DNA of 64,000 nucleotides, taken from the NCBI GenBank assembly GCA_030704615.1, contig CM060731.1, positions 19,220,001 through 19,284,000 on the forward strand, in the 5' to 3' direction. Of the stretch, positions 37,201-49,924 are shown in pieces (the stretch's first letter is position 1; each line of letters opens with the position of its first letter). The notes below the pieces were generated by a model, which saw nothing but the letters and a program-made list of their open reading frames with translations, was not told where the DNA came from and searched no databases. A program made the translations under genes and the position numbers. This DNA comes from Takakia lepidozioides. Its lineage: Eukaryota; Plantae; Bryophyta.

Positions 37201-40200
37201 CAACACTCCACATATGTATTATGCCGCCAATTATCTGATAACTCCTGAACAAATTGTCCTGGTCGTCGCCGGGAATCATGACGTACCTGAGAACTGGATC
37301 ACCACCAATTCGACCCCTTAAATTGTCCCGGCTCTCACCATGCCGAGTGAGCAAAATTGGCCGTGGTGTGATATGGGTATTCACCTACAGCAGAGGAAAA
37401 GTTGTGAGACTAAAATTTGGGCTCTCCCCAGCCAGAGCTCCCTAAGGTACCTCTACTTTGGATGCCCAAATAATAACCTGATCCAAGACTCAAAAGTCAC
37501 TACTTCCTACATGCTATGGAACATAAAACTAGATGGATCATTAAACAGTAAACAGTCCTCAGGTCCATTTCAGTGCTAAAACTTCATTGGACGCTTATGG
37601 TGGAATCCCTGACCTTTTACAGCTCATGAAAGCAACACTAGTATAAAAAGAGGAGTCTCATTAAAAAGACACTACATACCAGAAAGAAGACAATTCGGCC
37701 AGGTAGGTACCCACTTATATTGTTCACCTGCATATTCACAGCAATCTGCATATGAGTACAAACAACCCTGACATGCAGTAATCCATGATAAGTAGATGTT
37801 TTAGTGAAAAGTATATGTAGAGATGTAACATTGCATATATCACTCAACACCTTGGCTATTGAACTTCCAGTTACTAGTCCATAATCAGGTAAACTGAATT
37901 AATCTTCAGTGAGTTCAAAACCTGCAACCTTCAGGAGAGCCACCATAATCAATGTGTTTGAATTTTGCATTTCCAGAGACCCACGAATGGCATTTTCTCA
38001 TATCTTCCTTCCTCACAAACAGCAACTGCTGAGAACTTTCAGCTCTCAACCTTTTTCATAATGGTGCCCTAGGATCAGTTTACCCTTGTGATATTCCAGA
38101 AGGTATGCTTTCCACAGTGTCCGTTTGGGCACAGTAGTAAAGCATCGAAATAATTCCACGAGCCCAGATTATGGAAGGGACTGTCTGGAAGAATGGCAGC
38201 TCTCACCTGCATCTGGCCTGCTTGGCCACTGACCATGTCAATCATTTTTATGTAGGATCCCTCAGTCACAGGTTCATATGCCTACACCGATTTCATGAAC
38301 GAGCATATTGTAAGGTTTGAGCTCAATAATAGCAGTACAAAAGAAGTGAAATGAAAGAAAGGAAAAGAAAAGAATGAAAGAAAGAAAGAAAGGTACTCTA
38401 TAATGTCCACGGGGGACCCTAAGGGCCTCTGGGACAAAGTAGAAGAATAAGAACCCACTCAAAAAAACATCACAGTAGAGAACTCTAACAACTGGCAAAA
38501 CTAGATGACCAAGTTGGATTTGAGATGACAAAACCTGCAGGTTCACAACCCAACCCCTAGAGTCTACGGTTGCTCTTGCTTAAGGATATATTTCTACTTA
38601 AATACTCGACTAGAAACAGAGCCCTTGCTTTCCTGACGTCCTCATAGCTGTTTACAAATACTTCAAGCACTGATCAGGGGTCTGATGTGACCTTCTCATA
38701 GTTCTCCAGGCGAGCCTTAAAGTCTGCATGTGCACTTTCATAATCTGACCTGTTATGACAAACAAGGAAGGGCTTGACTTAACAAGGGGCATACCAGCAG
38801 TCAAGCCCATGTCCCTTTAGTAAATTTAAACAGCAACTTAAGAGTTCCAAAAGTGTATAAGCACAATGCCAAAGATACACTTCAAGGAAAACAAACCATG
38901 GCCAACAATTGATTGATCTTAAGGCAAGTTTAAATCTTAAGCACGGTAACTCACAGAACTTGAGAAACTCACGAATCAGCATAGTCAGGACTCTGCTGGA
39001 TCTTCAGTCGGATGTTGGTATCAATGACTGATTGGTCGTTACAAATGGTCTCCAAAAATATGACCTGCACAATATGCCCAGAGGCAAGGTGTGAAAAGGC
39101 CCAATAAGCTAAAAGCACTTGCCAATATGCCGCCACCCACATGTTCCAGGAGTCAGAATTGGTGTCTCTCCTATCGTAACCGTTGCAGTCAGTCATTGCT
39201 GCAAAAAAGAACCTTCCTTTGCATGCATGGATCCGTCTATCCATGTGCCCACCCGTTCCTTCCTCTTCGCACATGAATCATTTCCCAAAGTATCCCCAAG
39301 TCAAGTAGGATTGTGTTCTTGAAGAGAATTGAAACCCACCCTGTCTCTTCCTCTGTCTCTCTCTGTGCTTCAGCCACATTTCTCACTTGTTTGCAGCTAG
39401 AGGAGCATAGTAGCAGAGCTGGAAACAGCCTCATACTTTCTAGACTGCAGTCAATCCAGTGCTTATAACAATGATACTCAATTCCCCATAATGGATTTCA
39501 CTGCAGGCAATGCTACGGTAAGTTCAGATTGGGTCTCACATACACTGGTGGGCTGAAACCCGTAAGTGGGGTTAATAGCTTGTGAACTGACCTTCAGGGT
39601 ATGTCACAGCCAGGATATATTTGTAATCCTTTTCAAAGCCCAGCTCATAGAGGGTGTCCCAGGCACTCCCGACAAGGTAGAAATGCATGAACTGAGCATG
39701 AATACAGCAGCAGGTCTAGATAAATGGTACACTGGGGTTCGGAAGTAAAACCCTGGCCAGGTGGGCAGGTTGCTGTGGTCAAAATGTCCAGCAGGTTACT
39801 GACAGTAAAAGGATAAGATTGATGTATGACTGATAAAAGCACACAAGAGTATTGATTTGCTAGGCTTAAGAAGTCTATCTGGGTATGCTTGCCAGTTTTC
39901 CCTGTCCAAGTTCTTCCCTTTCCATTACAGTAAACCTTGACATACCAAATGCATCACCAACGACACAGATGCATCACTCTCGATCGAAGGCTCTAAGAGT
40001 CTTCTTAATAGTGAAAATGCTCAAAAGATTATGCTCATCTATGCCCTAACCAACTCTAGATCAACCGACAACCTATTTCAGCCAGTTATTGCTTCAGTCT
40101 GTTCAACAACGAAAGAGGAACAATTGTTATGTAAAATCTAATAGAGGTCTGCAGCGTACCTGCCAGGATCAGGATGTGTTAAGCCTTCCAACATGACGTA

Positions 40201-43200
40201 CCTACTTATAATTCAACAATGTGCTAAACACTAGCATTACATTCCAGGTATCACCCTCATATCAACCTACCTAGGACTTACCACATGCAGTCTAGATTGT
40301 CAAGAAGGAATCACCTTGCATTTGCCTTCTGCCAGCTTCATGAGCAAGTTTCGACGTCCTTTTGTGCTGTTGGTCGCATCAAAGACACCCACCTGTATCT
40401 CAAATCAATGAAGAGGATGATGAAGATGAATGAGAATCTATTCGCCACCAGATTCACTTAGTGTTCTTGGAGAAAAATATGACTTACTTTTTCTTAGCCA
40501 CTTCTGTGATGCTTTTGGGTAAAAATCCTTGGGTTTCTGCTACAGGCTCGGAGAACCAAGGCCCCAATTGGAGCCTTGCATCCTTGAGCAGCACGAAACC
40601 TGCCATTATCGGAGGCCAAACAAAAATTGCAGCAGGGACAGACGCTAAGCTGGGCAGATTTAGCTCACGGGCCTCTGTTTCCAAAAAGACACCTTGCATA
40701 ATAAAAAGGTCGTATGTCAGTGGACAGAGGGAGCAGAAAAGAAGAACGAAACTTAACAACATCCATGGGCGGATGAAGAGTGCAACAGCCATGCCCAGTC
40801 ATAAGGTACTGGTAGAAGAAGCCTTCTTCCACCAAACCAATCATGACATGTAACAGATGTCCTTCCAGGACACTCTCTGTTGTCACATAGCCCTCTAAGA
40901 CCTAGGCTTGCAACAGTAGCTGAAATCCTAGGAGTGAGTAGAACAACTAAACATTGTATAGACAAGTTAATTTATCAGAAATGAAATGAATGAATGAATG
41001 AAATGCCTTGTATCTGTATATTAGAAGCCATGAGCATACAAAGGTCAAAAGAGCACCTGGCCCCCTTCTTCCATCCAGGCAAGCATGTCCTCCATGGCTA
41101 GAACTGCCACCTGGACATTGTATACACAGATAAAAAAGAAGAATAAATTCAGTACCTCCACTAGAAGTCCAAAAGCCTCTAAGGCCCAAATGATATGTTC
41201 CAAAGCTTATAAAACACTGAAAAGGCCTCTAAGGAAGTTGGACAGCAACCACTTTGAACCTGCCTAATTTGTCAAACAAGACAAATTGGCAACAAACTTT
41301 GTTCCTCAACATCAGCCTCAATAACTTTGCTTTAATTCAATAGTCCACCAGCTGTACAAGAAGGGCTTTGGACCAATTTCTAAGGATAATTCACCTGGCT
41401 TGAATACAGTCGGGCACCAATGGCAGACCATCACATGAAACAAAAGTGCTTGACTGGCAGCCAGCTATTATGGAAGCTGCAACCAGAAGGCAAAATGTTG
41501 GCAACTCAAGTTATCAACGCACCTCATTCCTCGCCTCAATGCCCTCTGGATTATCTCCACGAAAGAAATCTGCAGACTGGCACCAAACAGGCAGATGTCC
41601 AATATTAATTGCCTCCTGAGACTTAGCTGCTTACCCATTTTGTGCATCGAGTATCAGGTTTGCAACCATCATAAGCTATAGTTTGACCACACTGTACTCC
41701 ACCACACAAACATAAAGAACACACAACTTGCAAACCAAAAGAAAATGACACCTAACAGGTTTGACCTTCCCAGAAAAACAAACGGCTGCAGAAATATCTG
41801 ACCTGATTGCAGCCATGCTTCACACGCCGGTACTGGAAAAGTAACCACAGTTTCCATGATCAGAAGTCTTGTGTGTGAGGCAGCTAGTAATGTGTGTATC
41901 GCTAGTAGGTCCAACCTCTGAATATTCAGTATGAAGTCAAACACAGCATCCATATGAATGTAGGACATAGGCAGAGCAATTATGATTAAACATAAAGAAG
42001 TATATTTCTGAAGCCAAAGCCTTCTAACCAAGCCAAAGCGGCATAGAATCTGCACAGAAGGTCATTAAACTGGATGTAACATCAATTCGTAGCTTTCAGG
42101 ACATCTGCCTGGTTGTGAACATACTTTCCCGACATTGAAGTGCTTTGTGTCATGCCCTAGCCAGCGTAGATATCGGGTCAGCTTTGCTGCAGTGAATGTC
42201 TTCCCCCGTGCAGGCAAACCCACCTAACAATACCAGCATCATTATTATTAGCCTGAATCCTCCAGTTGGTCCAAGATCTTATCTGAGCTATGCAGACAAA
42301 AACCACAAGAACTTTCACTAATGATATGTTACTCCAGTGACAGAGGTGAATTAGTTCCATCACATCACCAACATTTTCTTTGATGAGGTTTCTTACCTCT
42401 TGCATTCAAAAGAGACAGGGATTAAGTTCCCCGCAGACAGGTATATGAGAACAAGCCAGCACGGATGATTGGTTAAGAAAGATACCAGTACAATCGCCAG
42501 TTGGCGACGCTCTTTAGGGCCTAGCAGTCGATCTGCAACAGCAGCAGCTGCCACCGCCCCAGCTGCTTCTGGCATTGTCTGAATGCCACTGCCTCAAACA
42601 ATTCAACAGGATATCCATTGCAACTGACTGCAGTCATGAGCCACTGATTCCTCACTGTGACAATTCCCATACGTAAGTGCTATGGGAGGTGCCATGGATA
42701 GTAAACAATCTATCTCACAGTTAGACACAAGATTTTGCACAAAAATACTCCTATAACTGGTTGAACCAATGTCATAAGTCAGTGCAGGCATATGTGCCCC
42801 CGACACCATAACCATCCATGATGACACCCTGAAAATAACACAAGGTTTGTTGATTGATGTGTACTTTCTGAAAAGCAGTAAACCTCCAGAAGAGTATAGC
42901 TGACCAAGTTCTTGAGAAAACAACTATTTAATGCCCTAGACCTAGTATGCTTGGACCAAAGTCTTCAACCGCAGATTGTGGCTACAGCAGGCTTCTGCAA
43001 AGTGCCAAAAATGAATATGGGAAGTCCAAAGCGCCAAGTCCAACTTCAAAGTTCAGAGGATCAAACCCATAGATGTGGGACTTAATTTGAAGGACCAAGG
43101 TCCTTCAACTGTGCTAGGACTGTTACTAACAACTGATAGACCATCAGACTGACCCCTAACTAGGAGGCCAACCAGCTGTACAATCTCCAGTAGTAACTCT

Positions 43201-45858
43201 TATTTCATCCAAAGAAAAATATGTACCTCAGCTTCGCCGTCCAACTTGAAATCTCCTTCAATCAGACTAACATCACTGTGTAATTTGACAAGTCTTGGGG
43301 AGTGGCCCACACCCTTGTCAACATAGCCTGGCAAAAGTGAGTCCGTTGACACACTCCTTGTTGCTCCAGTAGGTGTTGCAGTGCCTGATTCAGAGCCTCC
43401 AAGCACCACGAGATCCTGCATGGGACATAGTACACCATTAACAGCAGAGTTGAGAACTTTTCCATTCATCAGAACAATTTCAACCTGGAAGTTTAAGAAA
43501 GTAATGGGCTCCTCTCCTAAAACTCCGTGTCTCATGTTCAATTCCATACTCATGTCTGATTCCCTATATTTCACTAAATGAGACGCCCCATGTACCCACT
43601 CCATTCAGCCAGACACAAACACCATCTGTACTATGCACATTTGACGTTTTGACAGACTAGACATAACACCAAGCAAGTTGTCACTGGCAGACATTGTCTC
43701 AAAATGGATCTGCCGCGATTCCAATCACCATAGCGTTAAGATTGAGTGCGAAGTGGTGGCACAATTTCGAGTGCATGAACTCATTGTAATGTGCATACCT
43801 TGATGGAAACACATCGATCTCGAGAGACAGTGGTGTCTCCCTGCCTCATGCGATAGCGGCGACTTTCTCCGTAGAAAGGAGTGGGCACAGATGATGAGCG
43901 TTGCAGCATGGAGGGATCTTCAGCTGAGTCAGCTGCATACTGGACTCTGGAATTTGAGCCTGATGCTGGGGTTGGGACCTCATAGTGCTCCAGATCCAGC
44001 TCAAGGGCCTGTGAGTCACTTTGCAAGTTTGAAGCAGGACCAGAAGACATCCCATCCACTGAAACATCTGGAATACCCAGGACCATGGAACCATGCGATT
44101 GAAGGTTCTTTTTAAGAGCCCGCCAGCTTGCTGCAAGGGCAAATGGTGACACTGGATCAGCTTTTACACTGACGGGTAACTCCAGTGCCTGTGCACCATG
44201 CTCCATGGACAGGTTGAAACGTGCAGTGGGGCCTGCCTCCCCCTCCATGTCACCTACATTGAGCACCCTGTTTGGACCCTCTTCGACAACATATAATGCC
44301 TTGTTGGCCTTGGCCTTGAGGATGAACTTGAAGTCCAGGGTATCTGTATTTTGGACGCCAAAGAGTCACAGGGTGAGAACTTAGGGGATTATAATCCTTT
44401 GGTGATGTGCTAAATAATCCGTATACACATGCATGAACCTGGGGCTATTGATGTCTGATTGAGCCTCAGACATTGATCTGCAACACTTAAAAACTTGTGG
44501 TTTCAAGAGGTTGAAAAGTTTCAGTGTAGCAAATACCTCACTACACTTGGTATCTATCCAGAGTGAGAAGGTCATTGTAAGTTACTGGGTCCCAACTCCA
44601 AGCCACTTGGCAGTCTTATTAAAAGCCATAGTAGGTAACTCCAGCCAATATGAGCATAGAGATAGATAGACGTTACTGCCACACACCGTAACATGAAAAA
44701 CATTCGTAAATGATGATGTTTTACAGCACTGTTATTATCTAAGGCACGGGCTGACCAAAGCAAGGTATGTGTTCAAAATACGACAGTGGAATTGGGTCCA
44801 ACAGCATACCATGATCAGAAGGCACAACAAAACTGAGCTCCCATACTTTTGTTGTTTCACGCTCCATGGCAATCTTATAGGACAGAAAGACTCAAAATCA
44901 GTCCTACGCAAGTGCAACCTTTACTGCTTTTTCAGCAATATCATTATTGCTTGACAAGCCGCTGCAGCATAGACCAATATATAACTTATGTTGAAAAAAT
45001 GGCAGTCTCGGGAACCTCGATAAAGCAGATGAGGAATGTCAAAAATATTCTGTAAAGATAAGTTATTTTTTCATACCACAGACAATCATGGTGGAGCACA
45101 AAAAAGGGGCCAATGCAGGAACCTCTAAACCGTGGGTAGAAGGTTATATGCACATACTGTTCCTGCCACTTTATGCGTTGGATATCGAGCCTTGTTAGTG
45201 GACTTAAACCACGTTGTCCCTCTTTACAAACCCCTATATTCTGCACTAAGCCAAGATGGAAAGACTGAGACTTACGGAAGCACAAAATAGACGAACACTC
45301 AACTACTTTGTTATGTAAGTTAAACTTTCATGATCACCAAGTACCAGGCTCACATCAAATAAAATCGTAGTGCCATCATGGTTTGAAAGCCCCATCTATG
45401 CCAGTGCCACAGAACAAACTTACAACCAACCTAGGAATCAACAACCCCAGTGAATTGTGAAATTTTGAAATGCACTTATTAGACTTTGCTTGCCATAGAA
45501 TCATGACCAGAGACCCCACCTGGTTATGCCGGAACAGAAGACGGAGGCAAAGGAGGGATGGGGCAGTTTTAAATATAATAAGAGAACAACAGCAGAAGAG
45601 CAGAGAGAGCAAGTCAAGAGCCACTCAGGCAACCTACACACAAAAGCAACCAACCAAGGGAGGTAAGAGGCTCACAGCTTTAGATGGATCCCAAAGGCCC
45701 ATCATAGGCAATGAGCCTGTCACATGAGGTACAAGGTCGAGTGGCAAGGGCTGGCCATCAGGCTTCAGCATCTTGAGGGCCACCAAGAGCTGGCATCCTG
45801 CATTATCTCGTCCATTTGCAGTGCCAGACACCCCATCTGCTGAGCGTGTGTTTCCCAT
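34246..45858 (-). CDS. F2KP: 6-phosphofructo-2-kinase/fructose-2,6-bisphosphatase, about 23 coding exons, N-terminal CBM20-like region
   Basis: MGN start, [88 protein letters not shown]. One donor is missing near 35920 (see findings). Confidence 0.94.
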
Positions 45859-47219
45859 CCTGCACCTCCTCTGTCAAGCCCAGAGCTTAAATAGACCACT
45901 CAAATGCCAGACAATTAACTTCAGCGCTTCGACATCTTGAAGGCCTGGTACTTGCTACACAAGCACCTTCAAAACTGATAAATGCTGCAGATCAGTCATC
46001 ACCATTGCTATTTCTACAGCTCTGTATAACGCAATACACGAACTACTTAGTCACTGTCAACCCTATCTTGCTTGCTCTATAAATTACACATGAAGTGAAT
46101 TAGTTGTACAAGTCTGTCCATCTGCAAAACAACAAACGCTCTGCTCGACGGATGCTAACTGTCAATAAACAAATCACCACATTTACCTTTTTAAATGCTG
46201 GGATTGTGCATCAAATGCTGCTGGATTCCAATCATAATACCTGCTACAGAATATAAAGTTCACCGTCGCCTGTTTATGATTGGCAGTGTAACGTTCGAAC
46301 CAATGCAACAGCTATTGCTCACTGGTTTCAAAAAATTTAAATAAATCTGTAAAGGATGTACTCGAAATAGAGACTAACCCCCAGATAAAAAGCAATTTGT
46401 CGAACAACTGTGCATGCTACAAGTCGCAATTATCCATTCCTAATGGATCAGAATCCAACAGAGATCTAGGTTGGGGGAGATATGGCAAAAATTTAAGCTC
46501 GTAACAACCTTTTCACTTCACGCCAAGCTGGTCTGCCGAAGTCATCAGATACCATGAAAGTCTGTAATGCTGCTGCCATATGAGTAAGGGTAAAGAACAA
46601 CATACTCTACTGAAAAATCTAACGCCGAAAAAAATAGGCTCGGAATGACGTCGAGGGTAAGGCATGACAACAAACAGAAAAATCTGCAAAATCTAGAGCA
46701 CATTATGGCAGTGCAAACTTGGAAAGCTGTGAGAGTCATACCTGCTAGTAATCCCCTTTGCAGACGGGCGAATTTTACCACAGGACAGAAGGAGAGTTGA
46801 AATTTCCCACTCTCTCGTCTCCAAGCTCGGGGAACTTCAGTTTCCCCCAAAAGATGTGTCACTTTTCAGCGAGATTTTATTAAGAGAAAAAATGTGAAAG
46901 GAGCACGATATAAAGATGGATAGCGTGTGGTAAGGGACAAAGCGCACGAGGATGACAGTGAGGGACACTTGTGTGTGGCCCATGAATCGTGATCCACAGT
47001 TACGGCCTCAAGTTTGTGTGCACTCTGCGACGTTGCAACGTTGCAACGCTTAGCTGATGACCACGACGACACCCCACTGCTTACTCGACCGGATGGATGA
47101 GATCCGGATGAACAGTCAAATGGATGGATGTCTGTGTACCCTAGATGGATAGAATGCGCTGTAATACAGCGTTGGATGTAGGAATGAAGAGAGGCAACCG
47201 AGAGGTGAAGAGGTAGGTA

Positions 47220-47560
47220 GGGTAAAACACCCTATGACCGTTATAGCACCTATGACCGGTCACCTCATAACGCTGGGCCCAAGACTGCTCAGTTTTGCCA
47301 CTTGGCAAACAGTTGTTTGATATAACCCCCCAAAAAATGTGACTGGTCATAGGGCCCAAGGTTCACACAAGCTTTCTGATTGGTTCAACTTTGAAACCCC
47401 ACAACTTTGTGTGGACTTCATGAAATCACGCACTTCCAAGTGTGTTGGGATGCCCTGGATGTGGGGCTTCTCATCAATTTTATCGGGGGGTAAAAATGAG
47501 AAAAATTCGCCGTTAGATCTTCCGCCATCGTTAGATGAACGGTCATAGGCCTGTCTACCC
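47220..47560. mobile_element. MITE, probably PIF/Harbinger (Tourist)-like, between F2KP and QCR7
   Basis: Left end GGGTAAAACACCCTATGACCGTT; reverse complement of right end GGGTAGACAGGCCTATGACCGTT. Flanked by TA (or TAG). Extra internal CCTATGACC copies. Confidence 0.75.
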
Positions 47561-47704
47561 TAGTTACTAGTTACAAGCTATCTCGAGTAAATGGATCCAT
47601 TAGTGATGGATTACTAAGAGAACTAGTGCGATCAAGAAACGGATCAAGAAGGGGTGTGTGTAAAGGTTGCACATCTGCACACAACGCAAAGGGACGACTG
47701 CAAG

Positions 47705-49924
47705 ATGGCCGAGGCTTGTGCCATTATGATTGAGAAGGCGATGGGCCCATGCTGGGGATGGGCCTGTCGCCGGTACCGGGCAGCAGTTGGCAAGGAGCTC
47801 AAGAAGTATGGTGTGTAATGCCAGAATGATGTAGGCCAAAATGATGTCGGATTGATTACGGTGTCATTAAGACACCGTTAGAGATATTAGCCAGAAGAAG
47901 ACTTGTATGTCCTGGCCTGGCCAAAATGATGTCGGATTGATAACTGTGTCAAGACATTTTTCGTTTGAAACTTTGCTGATAGAGATATTAGCCATCTGGA
48001 AGAAGACTTGTATGTCCTGCCCTGCCGTAGATTATGATCAAAAGTACTGCTATTCAGCAAGCATCACTAGCTAGCCTCTTTGAAGTTTCGAAGGAGACAT
48101 GAGACAGAGTTTTCAAGGAAAACTACAAGAACAGTTTTAAATGCTGTTAAGAAAATGACTCGCTGCCTCTTATAGACCCTCCAAAAATCCTTGGAATTAA
48201 ATCGGTGTCAATGTTGAATATCTCGACAAGGGCCTGCTTGTATGCCTTGAACAAATGTAGATCAATAGTGTCAATCAGCTGCACGGTTAATTTGCGGATT
48301 CACTAGATGCACTACCATATATGTTGAAGAGGTTGTCACATTGGTGTTACTAACAGCAATTAGGTTGTTAGTTGCTATATATTGCTATACATTGCTGTTA
48401 TACTTGAGCATGTTATGGTTGGGATCGGTCGTCAACAAATCACTGTGCAGAGGTCATAATTTGGGGGAAATTTTTGATCAGTGCGTGGGGTTGGTTGGAA
48501 GGTCTTCGATACGATGACCTGCATGATGAGAAGAATGACTTGGACATAAAAGAGGCCTTGGATCGCTTGCCCCAGCAGGTGGTGGATTATCGTAACCAGC
48601 GGCTCAAGCGTGCCATGGATCTATCCTGCAAGCACGTCTATATGACGAAGGACATGCAGGTGATTGCCTTGCATACATTCCACCAGATGTCCATACATAA
48701 GCGGCCAAGGTAAATATGGTCCACCATTGTAGCTGCTCGTAGTCAATGGGCCCGATTTGACATTTCCTGGCCTCGTCATCTGGAATTCTCTCATATCATC
48801 TGGATCCTTTTTGTATGTACTGTTTAGTGGCAAGTCACATGACTTCTGTTGATTATAGCACGTGTCCGGGGGGTCATTGATTGAGGTGAATGCACTAGTA
48901 TATTTAAATGGCAGTATGTGTTGAAACATTATTCTCGTCAGGTGCACAAGCTCTTGCAATGGGGCCAAAGTCAGTCCATATGAGGGCATCTGAAAAGTTT
49001 TGCTTTCTAGGCAGTAATTGTGCACATGAGCATGCAATGTGCAAACATCTGATCTCTGTGGAGGGAAGTTCTTATGTATTTTTGAAATGGTTCCACTTCA
49101 ATTGAAGAATACGTGGGACTTGTGCAGGCAAAGCAGACTCCATTTGAGTTCTACCTTCAAGACATGTTGAAACAGGTGAGCTGTTGGTTTTGTGGTTCTC
49201 GTTGTAATGGTGGACGTAAGAAGTTACTATAACTTTCATGATTTTTATCGCTCTGTAGACAGCTTGATCTTACCTAATCCTCAAGAGTGTACAGTTTCAT
49301 AAGGTCCTCGAAGGGGAAATCAGAAATTTTGAGCACTGCTAATTGTCCAAAGTATAATGCACTCAGTGTCCTGGGCTCTTACCAAGCATTCATGAACTAA
49401 GACTACCTTTCCCAGTACGTAACTAATGAAATTTGAAACTTGGAAAACTATGTTTACTTTTGAAGCTCATGTTGATACACATATCCCATGAAACCCTTGG
49501 AATCATCCTGCAGGTGGACATGGGGGCAAGGATATAATAGAAAAATGAAACGTACATGTCACCAAACTTCTGATGTCAGTCTGGCCAGTTAGAAGGTCGA
49601 CTAGACGTTAAGATTTAATGGTGCCACATATATTCAAGGCTCAGTTAAGAATTTGTTCATTTGTATGCTCTGTTCTCGCAGAGGTACACTCCGAAAAATA
49701 AACTTGATACAATTACAGCGTGCACACATGATCCATGATAGACATACTCAAATCAGATTGGCCGACTTGCTATACACGCAATTTTGTGTGTTGAAACGAA
49801 TGCTTTGTAGAAAAGTTTGCATAAGGTTTGCTGATTGCCCACTGCAAGCTTGCAGATACAAAATGAACGAAAGGAGCGTAGTGGCATGGGATCAGATATG
49901 CCATACAACCGTGAGATACCTTAG
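47705..49924 (+). CDS. QCR7: Cytochrome b-c1 complex subunit 7. Exons 47705-47810, 48502-48659, 49128-49175, 49856-49924
   Basis: ELKKYG|LRYDDL..IKEALDRLPQQVVDYRNQRLKRAMDLSCKH, QTPFEFYLQDML, ERKER..PYNREIP*. Confidence 0.94.
47834..48026 (+). repeat. Imperfect tandem duplication (~85-105 bp x2) in QCR7 intron 1
   Basis: ggccaaaatgatgtcggattgat...agagatattagcca...gaagaagacttgtatgtcctg occurs twice. Confidence 0.85.

Noticed and set aside
42228-42486. U12-type intron in F2KP (donor GTATCTTT)
   Set aside because: Imperfect donor and no CCTTAAC branch point near the acceptor.
47920-47982. Box C/D snoRNA in the QCR7 intron
   Set aside because: The C box is imperfect (ATGATGT), there is no terminal stem, and no rRNA guide was recognised.
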